From Promethearchaeota archaeon (lineage in GTDB: Archaea; Asgardarchaeota; Lokiarchaeia; Sigyniarchaeales; SOKP01): a DNA stretch of 64,000 nucleotides. The stretch is from contig JAHPZA010000009.1 of NCBI GenBank assembly GCA_019058445.1, positions 352,001-416,000 on the forward strand, written 5' to 3'. Positions 1-10,307 of this stretch are shown here, piece by piece. Under the pieces are notes generated by a model. It was not told where the DNA came from and made no database searches. It was given only the letters and a program-made list of their open reading frames with translations. Positions within the stretch are counted from its first letter, which is position 1; the number at the start of each line of letters is the position of its first letter. The position numbers were made by a program, and so were the translations under genes.

Positions 1-1259
1 ACTAGTCCAGTTCCGTATCCTGGAACACTAAGAGGAGAAATGCCACTTTCAGTGAATCGATATCTTTCATAATTCTCATCATTTTGTACGAAATATTTTT
101 TAATTTCTAATTTTTCATGCTCTAAAGAAGATATGTTGTAATATGAATCAATGAGATATTGGTCAGATAAGATAAAAACGGGTACTTGATATTTTTGTGT
201 TAAATTAAACGCATTTTGAGTTAGTTTAAACGCATCTTCGATTGTTCCTGGAGCGAATATAATTCTTGGGAAATATCCCGCTCCAGCATAAAGAACTAGT
301 TCAAGATCTTCCTGCGCAGTACGAGTGGGCATACCGGTCGCAGGTCCAGGTCTCTGACCAACAAGTATTACAATAGGTAGTTCCATCATACCTGCTAAAC
401 TTACTCCTTCACACATTAGAGAAAAACCACCTCCAGAGGTAGAAACAAAAGAACGCGCCCCTGTATATGAAGCACCTATAGCTTTATTTATTACACTAAT
501 CTCATCTTCAGACTGATCAACTATAATAGAGAAATCAAGACCATGTTGAGCAAGAAAAGTTCCAACACCAGTAGAGGGAGCCATTGGATAAAATGTAACA
601 TAATTGGCACCTCCAGCTATAGCTCCCAGGGCCACTGCTTCTCTTCCATCTAACAAATAATCATTAATTACATCAAAATTTCTTTTCAACATGAATTCTC
701 TCTTTATTTTGCTATTTCTTATTAAATTCGCAGCAATTTCGAATCCTTTATCAGCAGCTTTAATATTCTCATCTATAAGAGCTTTTCCTTTACTTTTAAA
801 AGTTTCAGAAAGAGCTGTGTGAAGTGTATTTTCATTTACATTTAAAAGACCACATATAACACCAAGAGCAATTATATTAGCAAAAATTTTACCTCCAATT
901 TCCTTTGCAAGTTGCTCAAAAGGAATTTCAATCCTCTCGCAATCATTTTCAGAGCTCGTTTGAATAAATTGCTTTTCCCCGAGGACTAAAGTTTGTTGAG
1001 AAATTCTTTCCTTTATATGAGGTATTGCCTCTTCGTTAAGAGGAATTAATATGTCAATTCGTTCTATATAAGCCCGAACTGGATTGGAAGAGACACGTAT
1101 CGATGTGGAATTAACCCCACCTCGAACTCTTGACATATATTCTCTCGTTGCAAATACATTAAATCCAGATTTTTTTAATGTTCTTGTAAGTAAGCTTTCA
1201 ACTGTTTGAATTCCTTGACCCGCAGCTCCACATAATACTATAGAAAAATCATTCTCCAA
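1..1259 (-). CDS. 2-oxoacid:ferredoxin oxidoreductase subunit alpha (3' end runs off the window)
   Basis: Translated by hand: TTG start at 1259 after GGAGG; [20 protein letters not shown]..., [49 protein letters not shown]. Not in the ORF track because it is truncated. Confidence 0.9.
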   Translation of the reverse strand, partial: MENDFSIVLCGAAGQGIQTVESLLTRTLKKSGFNVFATREYMSRVRGGVNSTSIRVSSNPVRAYIERIDILIPLNEEAIPHIKERISQQTLVLGEKQFIQTSSENDCERIEIPFEQLAKEIGGKIFANIIALGVICGLLNVNENTLHTALSETFKSKGKALIDENIKAADKGFEIAANLIRNSKIKREFMLKRNFDVINDYLLDGREAVALGAIAGGANYVTFYPMAPSTGVGTFLAQHGLDFSIIVDQSEDEISVINKAIGASYTGARSFVSTSGGGFSLMCEGVSLAGMMELPIVILVGQRPGPATGMPTRTAQEDLELVLYAGAGYFPRIIFAPGTIEDAFKLTQNAFNLTQKYQVPVFILSDQYLIDSYYNISSLEHEKLEIKKYFVQNDENYERYRFTESGISPLSVPGYGTGL

Positions 1260-1496
1260 AATAATTTCCTCCTTTTTTGAGTTTGATATGACAACAGTTA
1301 TTTAAATGATTCAAAACATTGTATTTTTGACAAAACTACTTTTTATTTAAGTTGGGATAGATAGTATTAAAAAGACTTTGTTAATGAATTATAAATCTGC
1401 AATTATAGAAACTAATAAATTATAGAATATTAGAATAAGTTTTATTAAGAAATACAGAAATTTTATATTTAATTTCGAAGCAAGGTGGCGTAAAAA

Positions 1497-2621
1497 ATTC
1501 GCTTACTCGAATATGAAAGTAAGGAAGTATTTTCTCAATTTGGTCTTCCGCTTGCGAAAAATAATGTGATCAATAATAAGGAAGATATTGAAGAAAAAGT
1601 AGATATATTTCAATTTCCAGCAATAATTAAATCACAAATTGCGATCGGAAGTAGAAAAAAAGCTGGGTTAATTAAAATTGCGCAGAATAACACCGAAGCA
1701 AAAGCTCTATGTGAAGAATTCTTTAGGAAAGAGGTTGGAGGCTTTCGAGTAGAAGCTATTCTTATTGAGGAATTGGTTACAATTCAACATGAATACTACT
1801 GCTCAATCGCCTTAGATGCTTCCAGTAGGCAGTTCTTTTTAATTGCGAGTAAAGAAGGAGGAATTGATATTGAAGAAGTGGCGACAACCCATCCCGAGGC
1901 TATAATTAAAGAAAATTTTTCATTGAAACAAGGTTTAACCAAAGAAATTGCTAAAAAGGTCGCAGAACAATTAGATATCACAAATAAACTTTTAAATTCT
2001 GCTATAGATATTTTTTTAAAGTTATGGGAAATTACATTTAAGACAGAAGCGCAATTAGTTGAAATTAATCCTTTAGTTTTGACCCCTTCAGGGTTATTAG
2101 CCGTAGATGGAAAGATGATTTTAGATGATGATGCAGCTTTTCGCCAACCATTAATTCAAGAATTAGAACCAAAAAAACTCTCTAATTTGGAGAAAGTAGC
2201 TAAAGAGGCAGGTTTTTCATTTGTAGAATTAGAGGGGGATATTGGAATCTTAGCAAATGGGGCTGGGTTAACTATGGCGCTTTTAGATGTATTATCTCAG
2301 CTCGGATTAAAACCCGCAAATTTTTTAGATGTTGGTGGGGGTGCCAGTAAAGAACGTGTGTATAAAGCCCTTGAGTTAATATTTAAACTGACTCCTAAAT
2401 GTGTTTTAATTAATATTTTTGGTGGAATAACCCGCTGTGATATTGTTGCAGAGGCTGTTATTCAAGCTCTAAAAGACTTCTCAAATGCTCCCCCTATAGT
2501 TATCAGATTAACGGGGACAAATGAAAAAGAGGGAATTGATTTACTTAAACGTGAGAATATTAATGCATTCAATGACGTAATGGAAGCAGTCAAAAAAGTG
2601 AAGGAGGTACTAGGTGGCTAA
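1497..2621 (+). CDS. sucC: Succinyl-CoA synthetase beta subunit (ADP-forming); probable ATT start
   Basis: EINPL, ANGAGL, PANFLDVGGG, NIFGGITRCD and RLTGTN motifs. The frame extends upstream of the track's 1566 start to (I)RLLEYESKE, the typical SucC N-terminus. Confidence 0.92.
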   Translation: MRLLEYESKEVFSQFGLPLAKNNVINNKEDIEEKVDIFQFPAIIKSQIAIGSRKKAGLIKIAQNNTEAKALCEEFFRKEVGGFRVEAILIEELVTIQHEYYCSIALDASSRQFFLIASKEGGIDIEEVATTHPEAIIKENFSLKQGLTKEIAKKVAEQLDITNKLLNSAIDIFLKLWEITFKTEAQLVEINPLVLTPSGLLAVDGKMILDDDAAFRQPLIQELEPKKLSNLEKVAKEAGFSFVELEGDIGILANGAGLTMALLDVLSQLGLKPANFLDVGGGASKERVYKALELIFKLTPKCVLINIFGGITRCDIVAEAVIQALKDFSNAPPIVIRLTGTNEKEGIDLLKRENINAFNDVMEAVKKVKEVLGG

Positions 2622-2622
2622 A

Positions 2623-3474
2623 ATGTATGTTAGTCAAAATTCAAAAGTGGTTGTTCAAGGAATAACTGGAAATCAAGGGGCCTTTCATACCAAATTAATG
2701 TTAGAGTATGGAACTAATATTGTTGCGGGAGTTACACCAAAAAAGGGAGGGCAAGAGGTACATGGTGTACCTGTTTTTAATTCCGTTAAAGAAGCAGTCT
2801 CAGAAAAAGACTGTGATACAAGTATTATCTTTGTTCCAGCAAAATTTATGTTTGAAGCTGTAAAGGAAAGTATATTAGCAGGTATCGCGATGACTTGTAT
2901 TATTACAGAAAATGTCCCAGTCTTTGATATGTTAAGACTAGTTGAGATGGCTCAAGAAAGAAAACAGCATCTTCTTGGTCCAAATTGTCCAGGAATGATG
3001 ATACCAGACAAAATAAAGCTAGGAATAATGCCAGGAGATATGTGTCATTACGGCAATGTAGCGGTGATTTCAAAAAGTGGTACTCTTTCTTATGAAATTA
3101 CTAAAACAATTGGTAACGCAGGAATTGGAGTTTCGGCTTATATTGGCATTGGAGGAGATCCCATTAGAGGGAAGACAATGATTGAAGCTGTTGAATATTA
3201 TTCTAACGATCCTAACACTAAAAAAATTGTACTTATTGGAGAAATAGGAAGTGATGAGGAAGAAAAGACTGCTGAATTTATAAAAGAGCATGTTTCTAAG
3301 CCCATCATTGCATATATTGCGGGAAAAAGTGCCCCTGAGGGAAAAAGAATGGGTCATGCGGGAGCTATAATTTCTGGAGATTTTGGTACAGCCCAAGGAA
3401 AGATTAAAGCATTAAAAAATGCTGGAGCTTTAATAGCAGATTTACCATGGGAAATCCCTAATCTTTTAAAATAA
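2623..3474 (+). CDS. sucD: Succinyl-CoA synthetase alpha subunit
   Basis: VQGITG, GPNCPG, SKSGTLSYE and MGHAGA (phospho-His) motifs; ATG at 2623 preferred over GTG at 2614. Confidence 0.95.
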   Translation: MYVSQNSKVVVQGITGNQGAFHTKLMLEYGTNIVAGVTPKKGGQEVHGVPVFNSVKEAVSEKDCDTSIIFVPAKFMFEAVKESILAGIAMTCIITENVPVFDMLRLVEMAQERKQHLLGPNCPGMMIPDKIKLGIMPGDMCHYGNVAVISKSGTLSYEITKTIGNAGIGVSAYIGIGGDPIRGKTMIEAVEYYSNDPNTKKIVLIGEIGSDEEEKTAEFIKEHVSKPIIAYIAGKSAPEGKRMGHAGAIISGDFGTAQGKIKALKNAGALIADLPWEIPNLLK

Positions 3475-3494
3475 TCAGAAAAATACTAAGTCTA

Positions 3495-4193
3495 ATGTCA
3501 GAATGGAATGTAAAACTAATTGAAAAGATTGAAAGAACTAAGGATACCAAAAGCTTTCGCTTTGAGCGTCCAGAAAATTTCACATACCTTCCCGGGCAAT
3601 TTACTACTTTTTATATACCGAAAGAAGGAAATGGTGAATTATTTCACCATTTTTCATTTTCTAGTTCTCCAACTGAACCATTTATTGAATTTACAACCCG
3701 TATCCGAGAAAGTGAATACAAACAGAGATTAGATCAACTTTCTCTTGGAACCACAATAAGGATAAGCACTATATTAGGAAAATTTTCATTAACTAAAAAA
3801 ATAAATAAGGTTGTTTTCATCTGTGCTGGAATAGGAATCACAGCGGCTAGGTCAAATATAAAATGGGTAATTGATACTCAAACTAACATTGACATAATAT
3901 TGTTGTACGGTAATAGAGACTTAAATAATATAGCTTTTAAAAATGAATTAGAAGCAATTAAGCAAAATAATTTTAAATTGTTTCATATTCTTTCCCACCC
4001 TACTGAGGATTGGAAAGGATGGAAGGGACGAATTAATGAACATTTTATATTATATAGTGTTCCAGATTGGGAGGAAAGAAGATGGTTTATCTCGGGACCA
4101 CCAGCGATGGTTGACATGGTTGAAAAAATTCTTACAGAAGATATATGTGTTCCTATGGAGATTATAAGAGAAGAATTCTATATAGGTTATTAA
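3495..4193 (+). CDS. Ferredoxin-NADP reductase-family FAD/NAD-binding oxidoreductase
   Basis: YLPGQF, FSFSSSP, AGIGITA, LLYGNR and SGPPAMV motifs. Confidence 0.85.
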   Translation: MSEWNVKLIEKIERTKDTKSFRFERPENFTYLPGQFTTFYIPKEGNGELFHHFSFSSSPTEPFIEFTTRIRESEYKQRLDQLSLGTTIRISTILGKFSLTKKINKVVFICAGIGITAARSNIKWVIDTQTNIDIILLYGNRDLNNIAFKNELEAIKQNNFKLFHILSHPTEDWKGWKGRINEHFILYSVPDWEERRWFISGPPAMVDMVEKILTEDICVPMEIIREEFYIGY

Positions 4194-4245
4194 AAAAAGG
4201 AAACTAATTATTTCTGTAAAGTGATTTTGAGGATAAAAATGCCAT

Positions 4246-5250
4246 TTAAAGTAATAAATCACACATATCTCTTAGTTCAAAAGGAATCTTTTTTTTACGT
4301 CCATATACTTTCAAAATCCAGTACGCATCAGGACAATATGAGGTAATAAAATTGCCCTCATCTGAAAATTTTTCAAAAAATCCACTTTCCTCTTTAAAAT
4401 CATTCATCCTCTTAAGTGCAATAGTTTCAATAATATCAGTTCTTAATTGATGGCCTACACCACCACCGCAACATGTTTTTGGAACTTTTGTTAATACATT
4501 ATATCCACTCTTTTTGTATAAATCTTCTAATATCTCAACAATTCCGGGAAATTCTCCATTTCTTAGAGGACATGCATGTTGGATAACTAAATTTCCTGAC
4601 TTCTTTTTTTCAGCAGGAGAAAGAAATTCTGTAAAATAGTTAATTTCGAGATCTGACATGCTAAACTCTTTTTTAAAAACCATGTAGCAACTAGGACAAG
4701 CAGTAATTATTCTTTTATATCCATTTTCTTTAAATATAGTTTTATTTTTGTTAACTAATTTATGATATGTATCCATTACTCCATTGCATAAAATAGGATA
4801 TCCGCAGCATATTTCTTTATCCAAAAGAGTAAAGTCTATTTTTTTATGCAATAAATATTTAATGAGATTCTCGGCATATACGGGAGTTTTCACAGCAGTA
4901 AAGCATCCTAAATATAAAAGGGTTTCAGATTCTTTAGGAATACCTTCAGGGAAGTTAACTCTACTCTTATTCATAGTAAATGGTGTTCCAAATGTCTCTA
5001 ATGCGTTAATAGTATCATTTAATCCCTTTATCTTTCCTCCATCCTTTAGAAATCTCTCTTTTAACTGAAATCTTTCTACTGAAGTACCGCAATCATTGCA
5101 ATGTATGCAATTATAGACTCGAAAATAATCATCCTGCTTGAATCTATAATCACTTTCAAGAAGTTTTTTAACTTCTTCATTAGTAATAAAATGGTCGGGA
5201 TCCGCTTCTCGACAAGGACAATAATAATCTTCTTGCTTAAAATCATTCAT
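4246..5250 (-). CDS. CCG-domain Fe-S protein (HdrD/GlpC-like)
   Basis: CxxCxxC, LYLGC, EICCG, CPSC, HAC and CCGGG motifs. Confidence 0.8.
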   Translation of the reverse strand: MNDFKQEDYYCPCREADPDHFITNEEVKKLLESDYRFKQDDYFRVYNCIHCNDCGTSVERFQLKERFLKDGGKIKGLNDTINALETFGTPFTMNKSRVNFPEGIPKESETLLYLGCFTAVKTPVYAENLIKYLLHKKIDFTLLDKEICCGYPILCNGVMDTYHKLVNKNKTIFKENGYKRIITACPSCYMVFKKEFSMSDLEINYFTEFLSPAEKKKSGNLVIQHACPLRNGEFPGIVEILEDLYKKSGYNVLTKVPKTCCGGGVGHQLRTDIIETIALKRMNDFKEESGFFEKFSDEGNFITSYCPDAYWILKVYGRKKKIPFELRDMCDLLL

Positions 5251-6239
5251 AGGAGTAATTCAAATATATCTTTAGCTTTTGGATGAATTTTACATTGTTT
5301 ACTAAATCTGCGTAATATCCACCAGCAACTTACACAATAGGTCGTAGCAAAATCCACATTATCTCTGTCAAAATCTTCCATACGTTTTTTAGCAACAGCT
5401 TCAATAATATCTGTTCGATGCATATAGCCAAGTCCTCCTCCACAACACCAATGGGGAACATCTATTACATTGTAACCACTTTGTTTCAATATATTATCCA
5501 CATTCTCAGAAACATCATCTCGACCACGATTTATTAGTTGACAAAGATGCTGAACCTCAATTGACCCAGATTTTTTAGTTTTTGACGGTTTTAAATAATC
5601 TATAATATACTTAAAATCGACTTCTCCATCCATCTCTGGTTTATAATAGGTATTGAAGAGAAAATAACAAGCCGGACAAAGACAAATAACTTTTTTATAT
5701 TTTTTAAAAATTTCGATGTTTTCTTTTTTGCATGTTTCAAATTCTTCCATAGATCCCGAAGCAAACCATGGCCAGCCACAACAAATTTCTGTGTCCAAGA
5801 TGGTAAAATCAATATTTTGATTTAAGAGATACTGTAGAGAGTGCTCTGTATACCGGGGAATCCTGATTGTTGAGAGACAGCCCATAAAAAAAAGGGTATC
5901 AGACTCTTTTGGAATACCCTCAAGACGTTTTATTCTCATTTTATTAGTTGGATAGGGGGTTCGAAAGTTTCTGAAACATTCACGCATCTCTTCAAGACCC
6001 TCAACAGTGAGATCTTGAGAGAGAAATTTTTGCTTTAATTTTATGCGTTCCATTTCAGTTTCACACAACCCGCAATGGACACAATTATAGATCTTTAAAT
6101 AGTCATCCTGGGTAAATTCAATTTTATCAAGCTTATTGACCATTTCCTTAACTTCATCATCACTATAAAAATGTTGAGGATCAATCTCCTCAGTTGGATA
6201 TTTTTTTCTGCCTTTAGGATATTTTAAATAATCGCCCAT
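5247..6239 (-). CDS. CCG-domain Fe-S protein (HdrD/GlpC-like), paralog of the neighbour
   Basis: CVHCGLC, FMGC, EICCG, CPAC, CCGGG and CVSC motifs; ATG at 6239 follows an SD-like sequence (track start is 6263). Confidence 0.8.
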   Translation of the reverse strand: MGDYLKYPKGRKKYPTEEIDPQHFYSDDEVKEMVNKLDKIEFTQDDYLKIYNCVHCGLCETEMERIKLKQKFLSQDLTVEGLEEMRECFRNFRTPYPTNKMRIKRLEGIPKESDTLFFMGCLSTIRIPRYTEHSLQYLLNQNIDFTILDTEICCGWPWFASGSMEEFETCKKENIEIFKKYKKVICLCPACYFLFNTYYKPEMDGEVDFKYIIDYLKPSKTKKSGSIEVQHLCQLINRGRDDVSENVDNILKQSGYNVIDVPHWCCGGGLGYMHRTDIIEAVAKKRMEDFDRDNVDFATTYCVSCWWILRRFSKQCKIHPKAKDIFELLL

Positions 6240-6308
6240 AAAAATACTTACCCTATTTATCATAAAAATGCGTTTATAATTAATAAAATAAAAAAAAAGA
6301 ATATTTCA

Positions 6309-6467
6309 TTATTTATCTTCTTTCAGTTTTACATCTGTTCTTTGTATGCCGACTTCTTTACTAGATGGTATAGCTGTGCCACAGTGGTCTTTTTTAGCCT
6401 CACCCTCTTTAAAGGCTTTATCCATTTCTTTCTCTAATTCATCTTCTGTCCATTCTTTATCAGTCAT
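6309..6467 (-). CDS. Small acidic protein with a single Cys (52 aa)
   Basis: MTDKEWTEDELEKEMDKAF...DHCG; ATG at 6467 follows GAGTGTGA; lies within the redox cluster. Confidence 0.6.
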   Translation of the reverse strand: MTDKEWTEDELEKEMDKAFKEGEAKKDHCGTAIPSSKEVGIQRTDVKLKEDK

Positions 6468-6597
6468 AATATAAAATATCACACTCAAATAAATAAAAAT
6501 TAGGTTTATAAAATATTGAATAATCGTTAAAAAATGCAAATCCATCTTAAGAAAGAAAAATTGAAAATAAAAAGTAGTTAAAAATGGTATATTTTTA

Positions 6598-6966
6598 CTA
6601 TTGTTGATTTATGTATTCTAACGCAGCATTTTCCTTTTCAACAGGGCGTCTCTCAGGTACATTTATATATTCTTTTCCTATACTCTCATAATAATCTTTT
6701 CGCATATATAAATTACAATAACAAGCGCCAAACTCGGGAACATCCTTTTGAGCATAATCACATGGGCAGATTAAGTCTCTATCCAACTCTCGGTTCCCAC
6801 AAGCCAAACGGCAGGGACATGATTGGTAGCCCAAATTTTTCTTATTTTCTACGAGTCCGTCAATCAAATCATTTAATGTTTTTTGATCTTTGTTTAATAT
6901 CCATCCGTTCTTTTCGGCTACTTGTTTACAATACTGAAGCATTCCGTCTTTTGTTTCCATGTCCAT
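6598..6966 (-). CDS. Ferredoxin:thioredoxin reductase catalytic subunit
   Basis: CPCR, CPC and CYC motifs typical of FTR-beta. Confidence 0.9.
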   Translation of the reverse strand: MDMETKDGMLQYCKQVAEKNGWILNKDQKTLNDLIDGLVENKKNLGYQSCPCRLACGNRELDRDLICPCDYAQKDVPEFGACYCNLYMRKDYYESIGKEYINVPERRPVEKENAALEYINQQ

Positions 6967-7298
6967 TATGTTTCCTCCCCTTGTTTCATTAATTCTTCAT
7001 ATTTATTCGGATCATATCCCACTACTACATCTTTTGCGTCGCACACCATATATGGATATGAAATTCGGTTTTGATAGTTAGTTCTTAAATAATCAAGTAT
7101 TTCGGATTTTTGAGATGTCTGTATTTTATCCACATCTACATAACGATATTTTATATTACGCCCGTTTAACCAAGCTTTACACTTTTTACACCACATGCAA
7201 GTACTGAGGGTGAATATAGTGATCTCTCTTTTTGCATTTTCTCCCTCAACTTGAACTGCTAAATTATCTATTAATTCTTCTGTCGTCATAAAAATCAT
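6966..7298 (-). CDS. Glutaredoxin/NrdH-like protein
   Basis: TCMWCKK CxxC motif, SYP cis-Pro and VVGYD; adjacent to FTR. Confidence 0.85.
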   Translation of the reverse strand: MIFMTTEELIDNLAVQVEGENAKREITIFTLSTCMWCKKCKAWLNGRNIKYRYVDVDKIQTSQKSEILDYLRTNYQNRISYPYMVCDAKDVVVGYDPNKYEELMKQGEET

Positions 7299-7347
7299 AT
7301 TTTTTATAATTTAGATCTCTATTAAATTAAATTGTTTAATCTAATAT

Positions 7348-7797
7348 TTAGGATTTTTTAATATTACTTTTCCATTCTGGGTCTATACAGTTGAACGCTT
7401 CTTCTGTTAAGCTTCGAATCTCACTGTCGCAGGAATCTAATAATATTCCTAAATGTTCAAGTGCTCTCTTATCCCCTATTTTCATCAAGCTTTCGACGAT
7501 TAAGAAGATCCGCTGCATATCTTGCTGATCTTCTGGTAGTTCTAACTCTTTTTTTAAAACATCCACAATCAGCATGGTGGCTTTAACATCTTTAATTTCA
7601 CCCATCGCTTCAATAATGCGATTTATAACAATGGGATCTTTTTCCGATTTTAGAACTTTAGCCAAAGAATTAGTTGCTCTCTTATCTTTCAAGTATCCTA
7701 AGTGACTGGCCGCTGCTACCCTTTCCATAGTAGTTTCTCCATGAAATAATTTCTTTATCGTTTGATTAAATTCCACGTTTTTAGTTTCCCAATCCAT
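7348..7797 (-). CDS. HEAT-repeat protein
   Basis: Repeated LGxxKDxRA-like helical units. Confidence 0.7.
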   Translation of the reverse strand: MDWETKNVEFNQTIKKLFHGETTMERVAAASHLGYLKDKRATNSLAKVLKSEKDPIVINRIIEAMGEIKDVKATMLIVDVLKKELELPEDQQDMQRIFLIVESLMKIGDKRALEHLGILLDSCDSEIRSLTEEAFNCIDPEWKSNIKKS

Positions 7798-7986
7798 CTT
7801 AATAGAAAAAAGAGCCTTTAAACATTAGAACTTGATGTTTATAATTTATAGAATTTCATTGTTTTATGAAGTAATTCTAAAAGATAATAAGGAAAGTTTT
7901 TAATATTTTAATTTAGCACACATTTTTAACCTCGTTCTTTTATAATCTTATTAATTTTAAGTTCGATTTTAAATACTTTTAGGAAA

Positions 7987-9066
7987 TTGGAGATGTCTGA
8001 GAAAAATAATAACGCTATTAATGCTAACTCTCATCCAAAAGAAAAAATACTTTGTATATCTTATTTTGATCAGATAATAGGCCCAAATCAATTTTATTGT
8101 AAGGAGCCTTTAATTGACAATGAATATCCGAATTTAAATCGAATTCTCGAATTCAATGAAGAGCCAGGAAGTTTTATTTTTGCATTTCGGAAATATCAAA
8201 CTGTTAATCATATATTTACCATTGATTCTGAATATGCAAGAGGAGGTGAGGAGCTTTTGATGATCTCTTATATGATAAGAGCAGCCTACTTTCGAAATGA
8301 AATTGTTGATGTGTTTAAATATTTAGAAAGTAAAAAGCCCATCCTTGAGAATTATGCCGAAGAACTAAAAAAATTAAAGGAACTTCCTGAAATATTACAT
8401 AGTAAGAATAAATCTGGTTTAAAAGGAAATATTCTTGAAATAAGCTCAGAAAAATTCAAAAATAAATTTCTAAAATTGTACCAAAAATATTTTCAAGAAC
8501 TTTCACCTAAGTTCGAACTTGAATCTCCAGTTCAACTTCAAAAAATTCCAAAAAAGATATTTATTCTTGGTGAGAGAAATACCGGAAAAACGGCTTTCTT
8601 GAGTAGTGTGGAGGATATTCAATTCCACAATCAGATAAACAATGACTTACCCACAATGATTTATGAGCTGTTAATAGATAATCTCACTATCTTAACCTAC
8701 GATTGTATTGAACAAAATTTTGATTGTGATCGGTGTAAAAACTACGGTGGATGCATTAAAAATGCCCAAGGCTTTATAGTAATGCTTAATGCGAGTGATA
8801 AAAATTCTATTGCTGGTAGTATAGAGAAGTTTCAAAAAATAGTAAAAAAATGCGAGGAAATTGAGAACAAAAAAATACCGATTGTAATAATTGGAAATTT
8901 ATTTAATGATAAAGAAGAAATTGATTCAGACTGCATATATAATATGTTTAATTTGAAAGAGCTAAAGGAATGTGGTATGAAAATCAAATATTATGCAATA
9001 AATGTTTTAAATGACAATGACACGATAATGAAAGCGCTAAGATGGCTTGTTCGGCACATGATTTAA
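7987..9066 (+). CDS. Longin/uDENN-like domain fused to a degenerate small-GTPase domain
   Basis: N-terminal SYFDQIIGP and DSEYARGG; C-terminal P-loop GERNTGKT and IPIVIIGN. Start is probably ATG at 7993. Confidence 0.65.
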   Translation: MEMSEKNNNAINANSHPKEKILCISYFDQIIGPNQFYCKEPLIDNEYPNLNRILEFNEEPGSFIFAFRKYQTVNHIFTIDSEYARGGEELLMISYMIRAAYFRNEIVDVFKYLESKKPILENYAEELKKLKELPEILHSKNKSGLKGNILEISSEKFKNKFLKLYQKYFQELSPKFELESPVQLQKIPKKIFILGERNTGKTAFLSSVEDIQFHNQINNDLPTMIYELLIDNLTILTYDCIEQNFDCDRCKNYGGCIKNAQGFIVMLNASDKNSIAGSIEKFQKIVKKCEEIENKKIPIVIIGNLFNDKEEIDSDCIYNMFNLKELKECGMKIKYYAINVLNDNDTIMKALRWLVRHMI

Positions 9067-9183
9067 TTACTTATATATAAAAATATTTCTCCTTTCCTTG
9101 AGGCTCTTGACATAAAAAAAAGATAAAAATAGTAGATTAGTTTAATCAATATATTAAGAGACTCGAAATAATTTTATTAAATA

Positions 9184-10278
9184 TTATATTTTAGTCATTT
9201 CTTTTTTTCTTTCTAAAATTGCTGAATATAATTGTTCTTTTGTTTCGAAAGGAATATCTATTTTTTCCTTTTTATTAAGCTGAATTGCATTTACTGGGCA
9301 AGTAGGAACACAGTTTCCACAACCAATACATTTTTTTTTATTTAATTTTGCAATTCCTTTACGCAATTTTATGGCATTCATCTGACAACGATCTACACAA
9401 GTTCCGCACCCCTGACATAATTCAAGATCTATTTCTGCTTGAAATGTACTAGATAACAACTTTGCAGGTTGAGGAAGGATTTTACAATTTGAAAGCATTC
9501 CACAACAGCACCCGCAACAGCTGCAAATAAATTCTGGATTTATTGTATTAAAGGCTTGTAAAACCAAGCCTTCTTCCTCGTTTTTTTGAATTATTTGAAG
9601 AGCTTCCTCTTTACTCACTTCACGCCCCCACCCCTGATCATTATATAACTGAGCCATATCTCCAAATCCAATACATGTTTCAAGTCTAGAAGTCATTTTA
9701 CACGACTCTCCAATCATTTTCTTTCCTTGACGGCATATACATTCAGCTACGCCTATTGGACCTTTAGTGTTTTCAATTATTTTTCTTAGTTCATCATATG
9801 TTGGTATATAATGTTCAGGAGTTATACTTTTTTCAACTGGAACTGTCCGAAATTGTGAAATTTGTGTACCAAATACTTCATTCATAAATGGCCCATAAGC
9901 ATAAGACCAAAAATCATTGTAAAATTCTTCAGTGAGTTTATTTATTTGATATTCATACATTCCAATTAAGAGGTAAGCATTAGCATAATATCTTTTACCG
10001 TTAATAGTTTTATAATGGATAGCTCCCTTTTTAACCATTTTGTCTAGAACGTGTGTTAGATCATGAACAGATATCTCTATGTCATTAACTCGCTCATAAA
10101 TTATCTCTGAAGGTTCATACGAATCGCTTAACTTGCATGCAATTTTTGCTTCATCTGGGGAAAATAAATGTTTTAATAATTCTATTTCAATCCCTGATTC
10201 TGTAGGAGGGAATCCGATTGGGAATTTATCCAGATGTTTTTGTAATTTTCTATAAATATCAGATTGAGCCTCATTCAT
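9184..10278 (-). CDS. 4Fe-4S binding protein (Cys-rich domain plus 2x[4Fe-4S] ferredoxin)
   Basis: CICR, CSCCGCCCG and two CxxCxxCxxxC motifs. Confidence 0.85.
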   Translation of the reverse strand: MNEAQSDIYRKLQKHLDKFPIGFPPTESGIEIELLKHLFSPDEAKIACKLSDSYEPSEIIYERVNDIEISVHDLTHVLDKMVKKGAIHYKTINGKRYYANAYLLIGMYEYQINKLTEEFYNDFWSYAYGPFMNEVFGTQISQFRTVPVEKSITPEHYIPTYDELRKIIENTKGPIGVAECICRQGKKMIGESCKMTSRLETCIGFGDMAQLYNDQGWGREVSKEEALQIIQKNEEEGLVLQAFNTINPEFICSCCGCCCGMLSNCKILPQPAKLLSSTFQAEIDLELCQGCGTCVDRCQMNAIKLRKGIAKLNKKKCIGCGNCVPTCPVNAIQLNKKEKIDIPFETKEQLYSAILERKKEMTKI

Positions 10279-10307
10279 TTTCTACTCATCTCAGTTTCTT
10301 TAATTTA

